This document shows, in pieces, positions 26,009 to 38,600 of a DNA stretch of 64,000 nt. The stretch's first letter is position 1; every line of letters starts with the position of its first letter. The notes under the pieces are model-generated. The model was not told the origin of the DNA and did not search any database. It worked only from the letters and a program-made list of their open reading frames with translations. Position numbers and translations under genes: made by a program. The stretch covers positions 133,858,001 through 133,922,000 of the forward strand of contig OZ296650.1 of the NCBI GenBank assembly GCA_965655095.1, written 5' to 3'. The stretch comes from Haplodiscus bocki (Eukaryota).

Positions 26009-28745
26009 CAACACTCAGTGGCGGCGCCTACATCTATAAAACTCAGTCAATGAAGGCTTTGAAACAGCCACATGCGTTACAGAAAAATCTTCTATCGAAA
26101 GGAACTTCAAAAACAGTTGGATCATTTGAATTCAAAAGATTCACTGCATTGAATATTTGAAGTTCACCAGTTGAATTTTTAACTGTCTCTTCAGTGACTT
26201 TTCGTTTTTAATGCCGAAAATACCATGCTTGTGTGATTTCAGCAAGACTTGCAGTACTTGAAAAAATGATTAGTTAAATACGATTCAAATTCAAAACAAT
26301 GAGGACTGTTAGCGTTGTACACCAAACAAAACAAACTGCTGAGTAAGTATACTCTCAAAATATTCCTTGTCGAATGCCAAAGTGGTGCTTGTTGAACGCC
26401 AACCATAAACTGACCAAAAAAATTAACAATTACATAACACACTCCAACTTACAAGGCATGAAAGAGGTTCAACTCTCGTAATGCAAACGTGGAAAGTTCC
26501 AACACTGCTGATTTCTACAAAAAAACATAACAAGGAAAACGAAAGAACCTCATAGATGCTCAGAACAATAATATAACAAACTTAAAATTTCTGGCAAACA
26601 ATTGAAATGGAATGCAAAACTTATTGCCAAAACTTTTATTTTTATTTTTCAAAATGAATGACACGTAATGGAAGCATCTATTGCATTCTACAACCAACAA
26701 AGAGCCCTGATCCAAGATATAATTTATGTATGCCATTATACTTGATGAGAAAAAATGTAGGATTATAAAATATAACTTACATAAGTAACGCCTAACTAGA
26801 TTAAATTTGAGTTTAGCTGAAAAAACTGTGTCATATGAGACAAAATACTGTCAAAGTGTCAACGACCACTTGTGTAGAAGCTGCGAAACATTGTTAGCCG
26901 CATTTTACGCGCAAGACGATCAATTCCAGCGTTTTTAGGCGCTTTTTACGAGCAAAGCGATCCTTTCCCGGGAAAAATTTTTTTTCTCACAAAAATATCC
27001 GTCATTTCCGTCATTTTTTTCCCGTCATATCCGTCATTTTTTTTCGGCATTTCGACCGAAAATTTCTGGTTAACCGAAATCAATTGCCGCTTCAGTTTTG
27101 GCATCCTTAGCGAAGGCTAGCTTACGGGAAAAAGTTGGTTTTGGCGATCAAAAATGACGGAATGACGCATTTTTTGCAAAAATTTACAAATTCATCAGCG
27201 CCTATCTCCCGAACAAAAAAAGCTGGGCCAAAAATTTTTGGCATGCAAATTGTTCAAATCATTTGTGCCTCACACACAAAATTTGGGCCAATTGTATCGG
27301 GTAGATGTGGAACTAAAGCGATGAGAAGTCAAAATCGGGACAAAAAACACGATCATTCCGTCATAACTCATCACGTTGTGAATGGAAAAAGTTTTTTCCC
27401 TCCTCCCCTTTCTCACTTGGCCATTTGAGGACCGCATGCAATTTATGAATAAATTCTATCGGGTAGGACCCGAGATCGGCTTCCCAGACCCCTAGTGCAC
27501 CTAGATGAAAATTTATCGACTAATATTTAACCTCGGCAACGGGACCCTACCCGGCCTCGGATTCTAAAAAGGTTACATCCCTGACCACCCAGTGGAGGCA
27601 AAGGTACCGTTCGCTAGAGAGGCCCAGTGAATGTTGGATAGGTATCTGTGGACACCAACTGAAATGGAGTTTTGTCATAAAAGTAAAAAAAATTAACTCT
27701 CAATCTCAACAGAACAGAAGCTAAAACCGTTCAAGAAATGAACAACAATAGCCAAAACGGAAAAATAGATCCGACTTTATCAAAGAAAAACCCCTGAGTA
27801 AAAGAACTTTTTCCAACTCCTATTGAAAAAACCAGGTCCAAAAATAACAATTAAATTTTGAGAAGAAACATAAAACTCAAAACAGCTGTTTATGAAAAAT
27901 TTCAAAGCTCCTACACGTTTTCCCATTTATAAATGTTCCTAAAAGATCGATATGTCTACATAGCAAAACGAGGCTCACACACTGCAAAATTCGCTGAACC
28001 TTCTTTACTGTCTTATTTTAAACGAGAATTTCATCTCCGTTTAATCACTGCGACATTTTGAACAAAGACAACATAGACTTCTGTGAGCGTACCACTGACT
28101 TGGGACATCGAAATGACTTCACGGCTCATGCAAACTATAAATCGTTGCTATTCACAGTGAATCTCTTTTAGAACTTTGAACACTTTCAAAGTATTTTCAT
28201 TTGTTCCTCCAACTTTATGAGTAAACTATTTGAACACGAGGCAAATCGCGAACCAAAAGTTCCTATCTAATTTGAGTACGTTAAATTTATCAATATGTTG
28301 ACAAATTGGAGCAAATATATCTTCTAATACTAATGATAGCATCATTATTGAGAGGCCACTGACTTAAGAAAATTACTTCCAAAGTGCTTTACTAACATTG
28401 AAAAGCGTAGTGAAAATTTCATAAAACCTTCAACGTGGATTATTGAAGTAAATCGAACTACTTTACAGAGAATAATGCAGGGTACTGCCATAACGAAACA
28501 AGATTTATTTAGGTGAGAGAAAAACAGTTGTTTGTTTCATTGTAAAGTTTGTGGAAAGAAGGTTTAAATGTAAAAGAGACCATGTAAAGTTGAGTTGCTA
28601 AGGCAACTGCGTTGAATTCATCGACGGCACTACAGAATAACAATAGATGTGAAACTTTCAAAAAGGAACATCCTTCTATATGTTCATTCTCATTCGACTT
28701 CAAAAAGCACATATCCGTAGGGGATTTTGAAAAATCCATAACAAA

Positions 28746-29738
28746 TCAATCGTGCTGAACATTCGGGTTGGCATGCTGTAGTGGAGGTGGCCGATTGGGC
28801 GGTTGCCGAGCATTACCAATAGTGTACTTCAAGTTGTTCGGGATTACCGAAGCTGGCATAAGACGACAAATTCGCACATGATGAACAGCTTGAGTAATTG
28901 ACTCATCACTGACACTGGATTTGCTGTAGCCAGATATTCTCCAACCACCATTATCGTTGACATATGCTGTCACCCTAGTCATTGATTCACGCAACAGATT
29001 CAATTCAACCGAGCTAGCTGGCAATCGAAGAACGTCATTGCTGCAAAAGAACGATGCCAACTGATGACTTTGGGTCATGTCTCCGCTCAGGGGATCGTCC
29101 GCTTCTTCTTCCACGTCCCTAGAAATGATGCGTGCGGCGACAGTCCACGACGAAACTGAATTCTTGTGTAAGCAAGCGCACACCGTTTCATTTCTGAGAA
29201 TACGACGGTCGCACATACTTCCAGAACACGTAGGTGATATAATGTTTCCATGCAAAAACAACAAATTTCTACTGTTGAGAGTGTAATGGAACATTGCGGG
29301 CGTGCTCGGTAGGGAAATAATTGGAATTGGCGGAAAATCCTCATTGCTTACGTTATTGATAACAACGATCGCCTGATGAGTTTCAATAATCGGATTATTT
29401 TTGTCATTCCCTAAACACGTGTTCGAATATATAGGCTCTGTAACCTCTACAACAGAACCAACAGTCAGATGACGATCCGAAAACAGTTTAGCAGACTTCT
29501 GCGCGGAAACTGAGATGACGACAAAACAATCTTTACTATTCCATTGACCAATAATAGCCATTCTGTCATATGTCCCTTCAGGAAGTGGTCGTTTCAATTT
29601 TGTAGCTTGAGGTCTAAACAACTGAAGTGGCCGATCACTTTTTTTCAGAACCAAAACTATCCCCCTTATTACAGTGTTCTGGCTGTTGCGCAGGAAACCT
29701 TCGCCTGTAACTTCAGCAACAGTTACTTGTCTATTCAT
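28746..29738 (-). CDS. 330-aa putative OB-fold/Zn accessory protein (copy C)
   Basis: Same protein as 13741-14733. Confidence 0.6.
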   Translation of the reverse strand: MNRQVTVAEVTGEGFLRNSQNTVIRGIVLVLKKSDRPLQLFRPQATKLKRPLPEGTYDRMAIIGQWNSKDCFVVISVSAQKSAKLFSDRHLTVGSVVEVTEPIYSNTCLGNDKNNPIIETHQAIVVINNVSNEDFPPIPIISLPSTPAMFHYTLNSRNLLFLHGNIISPTCSGSMCDRRILRNETVCACLHKNSVSSWTVAARIISRDVEEEADDPLSGDMTQSHQLASFFCSNDVLRLPASSVELNLLRESMTRVTAYVNDNGGWRISGYSKSSVSDESITQAVHHVRICRLMPASVIPNNLKYTIGNARQPPNRPPPLQHANPNVQHD

Positions 29739-30681
29739 TTCTTAAAAAATGCAAAAGGATGTGTTTCAAACGAGGAAGTACACGATAAAAAACACAAGTC
29801 AAGATTTGCAGTCTGATTTCTCTCAAACGGAAAAACGCCCAATGAACAAAGAAAAATTTTTGATGAAAGAAAACTTTAGAAAATCCGTTTTTTTATTAAA
29901 GCCTAGCAACTCTTCAGTCCCGTCTATGGTACACTTTGTCTGGAATCAACTGAATCTGCAGTCATTTATCGGGTGTGTCCTCAAAACAGTTTTCCACTCC
30001 AAGTCAAAAATTGGTCGCATACCGAAAACATATAAATTGAAACACAGATAGTACATTAAACTGAATTTCCTCTGAACTATTTCTATTTCCAAAAACAAAA
30101 CAATTTACAACAGATTCCAGTAAAAAAACCTGCATGCCAAAAGGATATAAACAAAATGCCAAAAAAGCGTTCAGCTTCAAATAACATCATCAAATGTAAA
30201 ATCATAGTTCAACTAAATGAATGCAATATTGCCAATTCATTTTTTACATTTAAAAACCATATGGCAGCACAAATAGTGCAATTAAACAATAACACCAAAT
30301 CATGACAGAAATGACCGCATTACAAATATTCACGCGGTGTTAAAACACCGACGGACTTCCTAATCATCAAGTTATCTTCATGGAGCTCGCGGTAATTGAT
30401 GCCTATGCCGATTCGTGAAACTCACATCTGTTTCTTTTGACCTGCAAGAAACAGATAATCTTGAAATAGTTCGCAGAGGACTTGCTTGTTTTCACGATGA
30501 ATCGTGAAAACAAGCAAGTGCTGTTATTGAAGCATAAAAAACTCTCCAGTTAACTCTTCCAACTCCGGATTTGGTTACCAAAAACTTTAAACTATTGACA
30601 CTGAGTAAAGTGAATATGTTATGCACGAAATTTGTATCTACTCACTTGGTTCGGATGTTAAATGCATCAACCGTGTAATCA

Positions 30682-31335
30682 CTAACGTTCCGGTTTTCTT
30701 TCAAAAATTGTGGCAAAAATATGTTGCTGCTTATCTTCGAAATTGTCAATAAAACAGAAACCAAAAACTAAAACACTAACTTTGTTTCGGAGATTATTGC
30801 TTCTATTGCGGCACCGACGCAAAGTCAAATCCTGCAAACCATTGTTCAACAGTGTTCTGGATAGCATATGATTCTCTAACAAGCTATTCAGGTGCAGATC
30901 GTTACTTTCATCAAGTAAAAGTTTGTACCGTTTTGATAGAATCGATTTCATTTTCAAAAAAATAATTCCTGTTGGACAATTTTCCAAGAGCTCGTTTAAA
31001 TTATGCGCTCCTGATCGTGGTAAGTAGGAAAAAGCCACGACATTGAATTTTCTCAAGTACGCCAGTTTACTGAAAAAAGCCTCAGGACTCATTGCCGGAT
31101 TCTTCTTGCTTGACAAAGAGTTATTGACAGCATCATGCCAAATGATAACCTTTCTTCCATTAGTGTTGCAGGAATTCGATTGAAGAAGATAACAAATGTT
31201 TTTTTCTGGTTGGTAGTTATTTAGCGAAGCACCAGAAATTGCACAAAATTGTGACTTGAAAGGATCAAAGAGGTAAGGTTTCTCCTGAGCTGCCCAATAA
31301 AGGGAAGAGGCCGCCAAAACAAAATATTCAGACAT
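30682..31335 (-). CDS. SGNH-like accessory protein (copy C)
   Basis: One substitution (R>S) relative to copy A. Confidence 0.55.
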   Translation of the reverse strand: MSEYFVLAASSLYWAAQEKPYLFDPFKSQFCAISGASLNNYQPEKNICYLLQSNSCNTNGRKVIIWHDAVNNSLSSKKNPAMSPEAFFSKLAYLRKFNVVAFSYLPRSGAHNLNELLENCPTGIIFLKMKSILSKRYKLLLDESNDLHLNSLLENHMLSRTLLNNGLQDLTLRRCRNRSNNLRNKVSVLVFGFCFIDNFEDKQQHIFATIFERKPER

Positions 31336-32676
31336 AACAACCGGAAACCGAAAGACAATGTATTATGAAAACAAACAAACGAACGAAACATACTTTATAT
31401 TGTTTACTTTGCAATTAGAAAAACCTACTCAAACTCCAGAATCTCCTTCCATTCATGTCATTTGCTTATTAGAACAAAAACGAAGTCAAACAAAAATTCA
31501 CAACGGTCACACAGCTACAGAGTCGTCAAAACGGTCAAAAATCAGAAATGTTCTTTGAGGAAAGGAAATTTTATAAAAAATACAATAGCCACATACCCGA
31601 AGAATGAAAATCTCACTCAAACAACTCGATATGCACGAAATAAGAGCCCCTCTTTAATCGCTGCAAAGAAGTACATAGTGGTGAAACACTTCAATTCACA
31701 AAAGTAACGATAATAAAAAAGCTTCTCATAAAACAAATGATAGAGCGTTTAATGACTTGAAAGAAAAAGTGTTCACAGCTTCCGTAACAAGGAATATGGA
31801 ATGGATTTGAAAGGTGCCGCGCTACAAATGAACTCCGCTGCTATCTCTTTATGTTTCCAGGCCAGTTTGTAGAACATGGGTTGCTGGACAACCAACTCAT
31901 ATACGTTCATCTAACAAACAACATTCTAATTGAGAACTTGCGTCGGCGGTTGCTGAGCAACCAGCAAAACAAAACATGAAAGCTAAATTGCCTCCGTCAG
32001 CTATAAAAAAAATAAATCATTATATGAGTCAGAATTAACATCTAAAACAGCTCACAGTCAGTGATACAATCACAAAACATAAACAGCAATGTCACATTGT
32101 AGAAACCCCGTCACATTCTCTTGCAGTTGACAATTTTTTCAATAAATTTCTGCACTGATTACCGAACAAAAAGTTAAACCCCTATAGCGTCTGAAATATT
32201 GGAAACAATCTCCCAAAAACATCAAAACAGCTCCTTCAGTGTAATTACAGACACATGTCAAAACAAATTATGGCGGAAAAGGATTGTATGATTCTTTCAA
32301 TTACCGTGTGATATAATTGTGTACGTTATTCCATAAAGTATCATAGCATAAAAGTTCGATCACGAATCTAAACAAAGTTACTCAGTGAGTCCAACGAAAA
32401 GGTGATAAAAATGAAAACGACATCCCGTTACAAAATTAATCTTCCAACTATTACAACACATCCTCTTTTTCAAAGGTTGGCTCAAAACCAACAGCAAACA
32501 ATGGCAAAGAATCAAATCAATCAACATGATTGGCTACAAAAATTATTTGCTGAAAAGTTGGTTTCGGACAAACCAATGTTCAGGAATACTTTTGAAATAC
32601 AATCGGTTTTCTCGATGGCAGTTTTACAAAAGTCTAAATCGTTGTAGACAATTACATATGAACAATCAAATAAACA

Positions 32677-35600
32677 CTAAAAATTCTGCATGCAATCACA
32701 TTCCAGGGCTGTTTCGATACCTGTAACTTTATACAAATCCATAAGAACATGGCATTCTGACAAGTAATCTGCAAGCGTTAGCATCACATTCGAATATTTG
32801 TGATTAACCATTGCTCTTTGCCAATCCTGTTCGAAAGAGTAACGGCTTCGGGAAACAGCGTTGGAAAACCCCGTCACGTAAGCAACTAAAGCCCAGGGTC
32901 TTCTTTCAACAGGCTTTGTAAATGCGCTCCCATTTCCCGAATTATGCTCCTGCAATCGTCGCCGCAACGTCTTACAGCTTCCAATGTAAAAAAGTTCCCT
33001 GCGTTTAACGCTCACCAACAAATAACAGTAACCAATTGCCGAAAGGGGTACATCAAAAACACGTAAAGGAAAGGGATAAAATGTCTGGATCGCTGAAACA
33101 CCGGAATTACAACTGCCACGAGACGACAAAAAGTTATCTATCAAAGGTACCAAATGGCTATCTTTGCGGCAAAGAAGATTAATTGCATCAAGTGTACGCT
33201 GCTTGTCACCGACAAACGTTATATGGGAAAGATCAGTGACCCGACTAACAACTACATAAAGCTGCTCTTTCAGCCAGTAGGAAAATTTTTTACCACCAAC
33301 AATCTGTGTTGCCAAGCTTGGAACAGTGTCACCCATTATTTTGTGAACCGTTGACGCCACATACATTTTCAAAGGAAACTGAACACGTCTGCAAACGGTA
33401 GAATTGCTATACTTATGGAGAACGCCAATTCTTTTACGAACAACTACAAGTCTCCAGGAATTAACGTCCGGGTTGTTAGATGACACAGACCTTACTCCGG
33501 CTGGTGCAACTCTCACAACAATATGAGGATCATTTTCATCGAACGATTCAACTAAACACAATTGTCCCTGGAACAGTTTCAGCGATGGCAAATTGCAAGT
33601 TAAGCGCAATACACACCCAACATGTATAAACAAAGACTCTGGCTCAAGGCAACTTCGGTTGAGGAACTTGCTGACGGGTGCTGTTGCGGTAACCCAATTC
33701 TGGGTTCCTGTATTTGACATTTCATCCTTGCAATGGAAAGACACACTCTGTATGTTTTGATGTGTTGTCACAAACGATATTCTCTCTTCCACGGCCTCTT
33801 TTTCCGCAACTCGCGTACTGAACACTCTCAAAATATCCAGAGGGACTTCCGTCCACGTGCTTACAAAAATACAGAACTTGTCAATGATCTCACAACACTC
33901 CTTAATACATGCTTCTGTCACAGGATATTCAGACAGCAAATCCAGAAGTCTCTTTCCTTGCTGGTTCTGCATCCTCACATAGTGCTTCAAATACCGAACC
34001 TCGAAATTAGCTAACACCGAGTTGCTCAGCAAAAGGAACGTTCCCGTAGGAGGCGGAAGTTGACGAAAATCACCTGTGCAAATAACAATCTTTCCTCCAA
34101 AAGGAAGATTGTTTTCAGACACGGCTTGCAACACATTGTCCATTGCGGACCAAAGTTCAGCTGAAATCATTGAGACTTCCTCGACAAATAAAACATCCAA
34201 CCTCTCCAAAAAAGTAAATTTTAGAGGATCTCGGGCAAGAGTGTTCAATGCATGCGAAACTAGATGAGTCACCGTTCCATTTTGAACGACAGGGAAAGGG
34301 ATTAAAGCGTTTATGTGTCTTCCGCCGAAAAGTGAAGCTCTCTCCGCAGCGACACTAGTTATGACGCATCTCAATCCCCTAGCTAGAGCCGCGATCACAC
34401 AATGGATCAACACATGGCTCTTTCCTGTACCTGGTGGACCAACTATGAACTGATGTTTAATAAAGGCAGTCGTACAAGAACAATAATTATCGTACAAAGA
34501 ACAAACGTAATCCAAAATATTCTGTTGATCATGCAATGATTCGTCAGTCTGGTTGCGCGCTTTATGTATCTTCTGGCTCCAAGTAAAAGGACGTGCTAAG
34601 GTGGCGTTCATCAATTCTGCATACGTTGGTAAACCACCATAACCCCCATTGGCAATGGCACACAGAAGACTCTCTTTCTGCGCATTTAATTCGTGTGAAA
34701 TATTGCTGTCACTCTGCTGCACAATACTCTGTTCTAAGACGCGCGGTGTTGAGCACGGAAAAACGACCGAATTATTTTGTGCTGCTTGCTGGATGCACAA
34801 ATAGGCACTCGTAACAAATCGATCTAGTAAAGTAGATGATCCTGGATAATAGCGTAATTGTTCAAGCACAAAGCGCCGAACAACATCAATAACTTCGGAA
34901 TCTTCGCATCCCAAATGAGACCTCGCTAAAGAAGCCTCAAAGAACGCAGATTTCATATTCGATTGAGAAAAAATGTCAAGTTCGGTTACGTATTCTCCAA
35001 GAGACAACAGAATGTGGGTCAAAAAATTGGTTGTGTTCCTCGGAACAACGTTCGATAAAACTACTTGAGTTTGACAAACCTTTTTGTCATAAATGAACTT
35101 GTGACTTGAACTGCTCGTTGTACATGCAATGGCTTCATGACATTGCCTGGAGAAACGACGGACCCCACTAGAAAAGTTGCGACAGTAGTTGAAAAAAGCT
35201 TCTTTGTACAAAGCATTAAGGTATATGCAATAGCCGAGGCCATCCACCCAATATGATTTGGTTACATTTCTCTTTAGTAAACTTTCTGGTGTCAACTTTG
35301 AGGGCTTTCGGAAGCGGCAGAACCAAGTAAAATAGTTTTCCACTTTGAGCACAAAAGTTAGTTCAGGGGGTCGTACACCAAAAACTGTTATCTTGTCTGG
35401 AGAAAGAGAACTTTTTTCTGCATCAATTATCAGCAGCTTCTGATTAACCGTGAAGCAACGGTGAGGAGGAAAGTCCTTGCTGTGTCTAATGGAACTCTGG
35501 CGCCCAAAAAGAGGACCCTGATTGCTACTAGAAAGCCTGCATTTCGGTTCAATGACTATTCCAGCCCGTTTCTCTCGCGGGGCAGTGACAACATGAATGA

Positions 35601-38600
35601 ATTGTATATTGGTCACCACGTAAGGAAATCGCAATGACCACCACACGGATTCCGTTAAACTCAAAATGCGAGAGTTCAAACACTTTTTCTTTGGCTTTTC
35701 CTCCTTGCTCATATTGGTCAAGTATACCCCAGCGATTTTGTTGTTCACTTGTTGATCAACATGGAAGTCATACAAATCTGTTGCACTTGACGTAGAAATA
35801 GAAACTTCGGCGCGTTCCTCCACGTCTGCAACATATTTTGACAGATAACGGCTACTCATGTAAATGTCGCAAATTTGTAGATTGGTGCTAGATCGGACGA
35901 GGGCAAAAATTTTGGCGTTTGTTGGAGAAGTGTGCGTGTTACTTTCTGTTGGATAATGATGCTTGCCACCACAAAGGCGCTGATCAATGGTGACAGAACA
36001 ATCAAAGTCACTCGACTCAGCTAATCCGATGTTCTTCAAAACTGCTATCGTTTCCTCAGACAGTTCTTTGTGAATACATTTGTAGGTAAAATTAGCAGAA
36101 GGAGGGTATTTGGGCACGCGGCACGTTTTTCTTTTCAATTTGTCAGTTTTTTTCTGACAACGAAATTTAGCTTTAAAACAGCTGTGTGATTGGTAACGGT
36201 TGAACAGATCTCGTAACTCGTTCAACTCATCCAAACTATAATTGTGCGAACCAACTTCAGTCAATAAATTCCCCAGAAACGTTGTTGCCGAGCAACAAAT
36301 TCTAGACCTTACTGCTTCACTAAAGCAATCTTCTGCCGTCCAAATCAAAGCATGTACATGAGGGAACCCACAAGCTTCATCTTGAAACTCATACCGATAC
36401 CAAATCTTTTTAACCTTTCCCAATGGCTGCTCGGGTGACGTTTCAATGTACTTCATGACAAGACGAGAAGCTCGTTCCCACGCTCTCAACATGGTGACCA
36501 TTTCAGATTGAATCGCTGATTTTCGGACCTCCTCTTTACAGACGTCTTTCGGAAACTTTGCGTCCAACGCACTAAAAATCTTCCTCAAGCCAGGATGCGT
36601 TGACTGCCCACAAGTGTAAGTGAAAAAATATGTAGCTGGTCGTTCTTTCAAAGCTGCTCCCAATTCATTGACATTCTTCCGAGAATCGCATTGATCAAAA
36701 AAAATTGCCCCTTCTCGCATGGCATGTACATTTTTTCGTTGCCGAGCGGCTTCACTCCAACCTCTGTTCAATACTATTCTGGTGTCATTGACACGCAGCT
36801 GTAGGTTAAATATTGTGTCAAATACGTATTGGACGTAACGAGGATCCGTTGACGTCAACAGAGACGAATCTTTCAAGCGCGTTTGTAAATGTTGTTCTAA
36901 GCTAGCGAAGCCGAGCAATTCGTTTTGTTTGTGATCATTATACAAAGGAGACGGTATTGCACCCGAATAACTGCCGTCTGTATTTTGGTGCCAAAAGATG
37001 GACGGAAACAACATGGCTTCCGGCTGAAGCAAAGGGACAGAATTAGGGGGCGACGTTGCAGTGATATTCTCCAGAAATCTCTTATGTCTAGCTGCAACAT
37101 ACAACGGAGACCCTTTACTCCTTTTCAGTAAACCGCATTGACCATTCAATAAAACATGTAGTGGGAGCTGAAAATCAGTGCTGTCTATTCGGAAATCACG
37201 TTCCAAAACAACAGTTGAATCTCCAGCAGCAGTTGTAACAGGCAGCGAAACATGCGATCCCTCAGAATCTTCCTCTAAAAGGCCAGGGTTGGTAACAAAT
37301 TCCGAGGACGCGACAGTGTTGGTAGGCGATGTGGACCGATTCTCTGAATCGACAGAAACACGGCTATAGCTACAATCATCTAACTGACTTGAGCCGCACG
37401 CTGAGTTTTTTGTGGACTCACCAAAGATCCTTTTTTTACCATCAAAAACAAAGTGCTTTTCCTGACTTTCATCTTCAGAATGCATCCTGCAAACACTTGC
37501 CAAACAACCAGACACTGGACAACGTAAAAAAGAACTTCTACCACATGAGCATTTGAAACCACTTGAAGGAAAATCACGGGTGAGTAACAGAGAATGCTTT
37601 TTACAAAAGAATTTTCCTTGACCTGCCAGTGTTTCAAAATATTTCGACCGCAACTCACTAATATCGGCAAAGGTCTGTCGATAGTAAACACAGATATTCC
37701 AATAGTCATTAATAAAATGATCAACCGCTCTATCACAAGGCAGCCTCACCTGTTCAGGAAAAATACTTTTGCTTTTATACACCCAAAAACTTTGAAAGAC
37801 ACCACCATGCCTCAAAAGAATGTTATTACGAGTCGCTAAACCTTCAGTAGCAATAAATTTCAACTCGAAAACGGACTGAGCAGTTTGGAAGTTCAGAGGA
37901 GCTTTGAATTTAGAACGCAAAGTATTTACTCCCGCGTATGAAAAAAGTATGACATTTACACCTTCAAATTCTTGAGCTTCCAAAAAATGCCAAATATCTT
38001 GACGGCTTGCCACGTTTTCATGGATGACATCATCACAAAATTGTGACACACCGAAACTGAGACAACGAGATGGACTTTCCGGAAATCTTGTAAACAACTT
38101 CGACAATCCATCACTCATAGACGCATCCACAGTTTTCCTTGTGCAGCGACGGAACCTTGGAAAAATTACAGGGTCCAAAAATTGCAGCAAAGGAAAAATC
38201 GCATTATCAACACCAGCTGAATCAGATATGGATCGACACAGTTGAGGAGAGATGCAAAATAAAGTTTGCAACAACGACAAAAAGTGAGTCTTGCAGCTCA
38301 AAATTTTTGGAGGAGAGGAACCAAACGAATTCGGAGGCTGAGCGAACGTCACAGACTTGAATTTTGCGCATAAGCGTTGTCCATCAGTCAATCCAGGAGA
38401 ACTGAATAAACGATACGTATCCGTTATAGACACACTTGTTGATGCGGAAAGAGAAGCAGCCGACTGTTCAATGTTCGGTTTACTTTGAATGCCTTGTCGG
38501 ATTTCATCAGTTGTTTCGCCAGAAGACACTAAGCTATTCAAAAAATATTGAATATCGCTTCGGTAAAAACTACATTGAGATTCCGCCTTCACTAACAGAT

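Larger units (their letters stand above)
12595..27599 (-). mobile_element. Helitron/Helentron-like element, copy B (15005 bp)
   Basis: Complete unit with polyprotein, SGNH-like and OB-like ORFs. Termini inferred from the array end. Confidence 0.88.
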
